Below, in pieces: positions 60,671 to 64,000 of a stretch of 64,000 nt of DNA. A model generated the notes under the pieces. It made no database searches and was not told where the DNA came from. It saw only the letters and a list, made by a program, of their open reading frames with translations. This stretch comes from Lama guanicoe (Eukaryota). Numbering within the stretch: position 1 is the first letter of the stretch; each line of letters opens with the position of its first letter. The translations under genes and the position numbers were made by a program. The stretch lies in contig MU053504.1 in the NCBI GenBank assembly GCA_013239625.1, positions 746,001 through 810,000 on the forward strand, written 5' to 3'.

Positions 60671-63600
60671 TAAAAGGCCAGGATCTCTCCCATCTTCTTA
60701 AAGGTGCCTGGTGAATAATAGGTGCTCAGTAAGCATCTGTTAAGTGAATAAACACATTCCACCGAACATTTCCATGTAGCAAAAAATTTAAACAGTATAA
60801 AATATTTCCCAGTGAAAGGTGAATTTTCTCATTCCCTAGCCTGTTGAGTCTCAAAAGGCAAGAAAGCATTAACCTATCCCTACCCCGCACCCCACAACAC
60901 TCCTAAAAAAGGAAAGGAAACAGTATTCCCTACAGAAGGCATAGCATATGCAAAGGCCCTGAGGTATGGCCCAGCATTAGTCTCTGGCTCTTTCAACATT
61001 TCTGCCCTGGAGATTCTTTCACCATCTCAGGATCTGTACTACTCAAAACCTTCCTACCTTCTACCCTTCCAGAATGCCTCCCAGGCGTCTGGCTTCTCCA
61101 AGTTTCCGTCCAGCTTCAGTTTCTTCCTAGTTGGGGAGGAGAGTGGTGGTATTCTGAGCATATATTGAGATAACAGATGTAAAGTGCTGCGCAGCGTAGT
61201 GACTGAGAGTCCTCTCTGTGCCCAGTGTGGGCCTTGCTCTTTAGAAATGTCACCTCACTGAATCTATGCAATAGCTATAGGTGAGCTGTTATTCTGTCAT
61301 TTTGCAGATGGGCAAACAGAAGCTCAAAAAGGTAGGTGACTTGTCTAAGGTCATCCAATCTGGAACCAAACCCAAGAAGTCTGTTCATCTCCAAAGGCCG
61401 TGGAAGCCTCAAGGCCTCTCGACCCTACATCTATCAGGTCTGTAAGGTTTGAGAATTCCCAACTCCATGAGTACCAGGTGGCCAGGATAGGGCAGACAGT
61501 CTGGTTTCATGATTTATCTCACTCCTGCCCAATTGTTTGCCAAAGGGAGGGGTTGTGGGGGGAGCTGGTGGCTAGGAGCCTGGGCTGCCTAGTCACGGGG
61601 TGGGCTTGTCTGACCGCCAGCCAATCCGGGCTGCCGGAGCTGGCGTTGGAAAGGCCTGGCCCCATCTTGCCGGGACACTCTATCTTTGTCCCAGGGCACA
61701 AAAGAGGCCTTGTCTTGGCCCGGCAGTGCTTACTCCACAAGCTCCCGACTGCCCCAGCCCCTCTGCCTCGAGAAAGGCCCACTTTGTCGAGTCAAAAGAC
61801 TAACTTGTTTCTTTTTCATCAAAACGTGTTGACTGACCTGGTTGATTTATCTTGGGAAAGTGGTGGGTGAGGGAGGGGAATGAGGTGATACAGACCAGCA
61901 CAACCCAGAAGGCCGTGGAGTCCAGCCTGACTTGGGGGTGGGCACTTAGCCCTGACCTGAGACAGAAGGGTAGCTGCACACTGAATGTGCTCTCAGGGAG
62001 TTAGGATAATCCCCCAACCTCACTAGTGGATTCCACTATTAGCTATTCATTTCTTTGGCTTCAACCATTGAAGGTAGCTAAAAATAAAACTTCATTTGTA
62101 TGAGAGTGCTCTGTTATCACACCTGGGTGTAAATTAATTTTCTTGAGGATAGGTATGAGTCAGTAGCAACAAAAAGCAAGCTGCAGAAAGGAGGCCACTA
62201 GGAGCCCAGAAGAAAAGTAAGAGGGTAACTACTCACAGAAAAAATGGGATAAAATCAGTGAAGAAACATAAGTAAACTTTTTCTTTGGTAATTCTTCCCC
62301 GAGATCAGCCCTCTCCCTCCACATCTACCAACTCCATCGTTCAGTCTTTTCATTCATTCATTGATTCATTCATTCATCCATTCAAGAAATGTTTGTTGAG
62401 CACCTACTCTGTGCCAGAGCTTCTTTCAAGCACTGGGGCTGCAGTGGAGAATAAAATCCCTCCCTTCAGGAAGCATCCACTGTGGGGGACTACAATCAAT
62501 AGACAAGTAAGCAAATGACAACGCGATCACTGTGATGGCTCTGTGAGCTATGAGGATGAGACAAGGTGGCTAGGGAGTTGGGGTGGGGTGGGGGTGGGCA
62601 AGCTGCTTGGGCCAGGCTCCTTGAGGAGGGGGTGTTTGCACTGAGATGGGAAGGATGGGAAGAACTGGCTATGGAGATGCTGGGGGACAAGTGTTCCTTT
62701 CAGAGGGAACAGCACATAGGAAGGCTCCGAGGTGGGACTGACCTGGGACCTTCCAGATACACTGAGGAGGCCAACATGATTAGAACCAAGTGCCTGAGGG
62801 GGTAAGAGCGAGAATCCAGAGGGACAGGGCCAGACCCACAGAGCTTGAGGGCTCTTAGTTATGCCCTTGGATTTTTATTTTGAGTAAGATGGGAAACTAT
62901 AAGAGTGCGCAAGGGGGTAACATGATCTAATTTTTATTTTTATTAAAGCACCCCTTGGTTGGCTGGAGGCTGCAGCAGCCATCCAGGTGGGAGCTACCCA
63001 TGGCTGGGCCCATGGGGATGACAGTGGTGGGGAGAGTGGGCAGAATGGAGATCTGTTTTTTTAGAGCTGGGACACACAGTCTGAATGAATGAGTGAGTGA
63101 AAGAATAAACACTTGAGGTGGGCACTAGGACATGCAGGCTCTAGTTCCTACTCTGCCACTGAGTTTCAGTGTGACTTGGGGCAAATCCTTTCCCCTCTTG
63201 GGCCTCGGTTTCCCCATCTCTGAAGTAAGGCCCAAGGAGGCTGGGACAGCTGACGCCAAGGCCTTCTGCCACAGGGACAGCCAGCCTTGGGTTCCTGAGC
63301 CCCTGGCGCTATCAGGGGCGGGGATTGCTCTCACTAGTTACTAATCCAGTCAGGCCTTGCTGGCCCCAGGGCAGCTGTGGAAACCCGGTGCTGATGTGGT
63401 GACTCACACTTATCCCTCTGCTGTCAGCAGAAACTGGGACAGCCAGGGGCCTGAGAGTCATCCGCAGGCTCGGAAAGGCTGGCAGGATGCCACTGTGCAG
63501 CTGGAGGAGGGAGCAGGCTGCCAGCACTGGGCTTCCCGAGCCCCTATGGGGACTGATGTTCTGGCCACTACAACCACTATGTCTTCCCATCCGGCCCAAG

Positions 63601-64000
63601 CGTGGCATCAGGGCTCTGCCCAACCTCCATGGGCTAATAGGAGGCACTGACAGGAGAACCTGCCATGTGCCCACTTAATCCCCTTTCCTGGTGCCATAGG
63701 CATTATTGCCCCCATTTAATTGATGAGGAAACTGAGGCCCAGAAAGTCGTGGGTGGCCAAGTCAGGAGTTGTACTAGATTTGACTAATTTCTCGCGTTGT
63801 TGCTTTGCTCTACCTCCTAAGTATGGAAATAACAGGAGTGAGAGAACGAAAGAGAAGCTAAATATATTTTAATAAATATAGAAAGTAAAGTCTCACCTCA
63901 TGTTTAACTGGGGCTGAGGACTTTTCAGACAAAAGCTCCTTCTTTTTACAGCCTGAAGTACTTCCTTTTTCCAGTGGTGATAAGCCTCTTGACCAATGTT

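Overview
Mammalian genomic DNA, very likely camelid: it carries five tRNA-Ala-derived Vic-1-type SINEs. The window covers part of the SIRP (signal regulatory protein) paired-receptor cluster, with two minus-strand genes. Gene 1 (13596->3335) is a SIRPB1/SIRPG-like gene: leader, IgV, IgC1, IgC1, all joined by phase-1 GT-AG introns. No TM exon for it is visible in the window, and a split IgV relic lies just downstream. Gene 2 (27484->16706) is unusual: leader, four IgC1 domains (a duplicated C1a-C1b pair), no IgV domain, and a TM exon containing the Lys typical of DAP12-coupled receptors. As assembled, gene 2 has a 1-nt phase mismatch before the TM exon and a Cys->Phe change in domain 3. From about 28 kb to 64 kb I see no credible coding exons. 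That part holds an IRF/PU.1/NF-kB motif cluster, a CTCF/GC-box/TATA module next to an orphan CpG island, and L1, LTR, DNA-transposon and SINE relics. The window also has two near-identical tandem duplications (523 bp and 2038 bp) that may be assembly artefacts, and a 190-N gap. Repeat family names and orthology come from recall, not from database searches.
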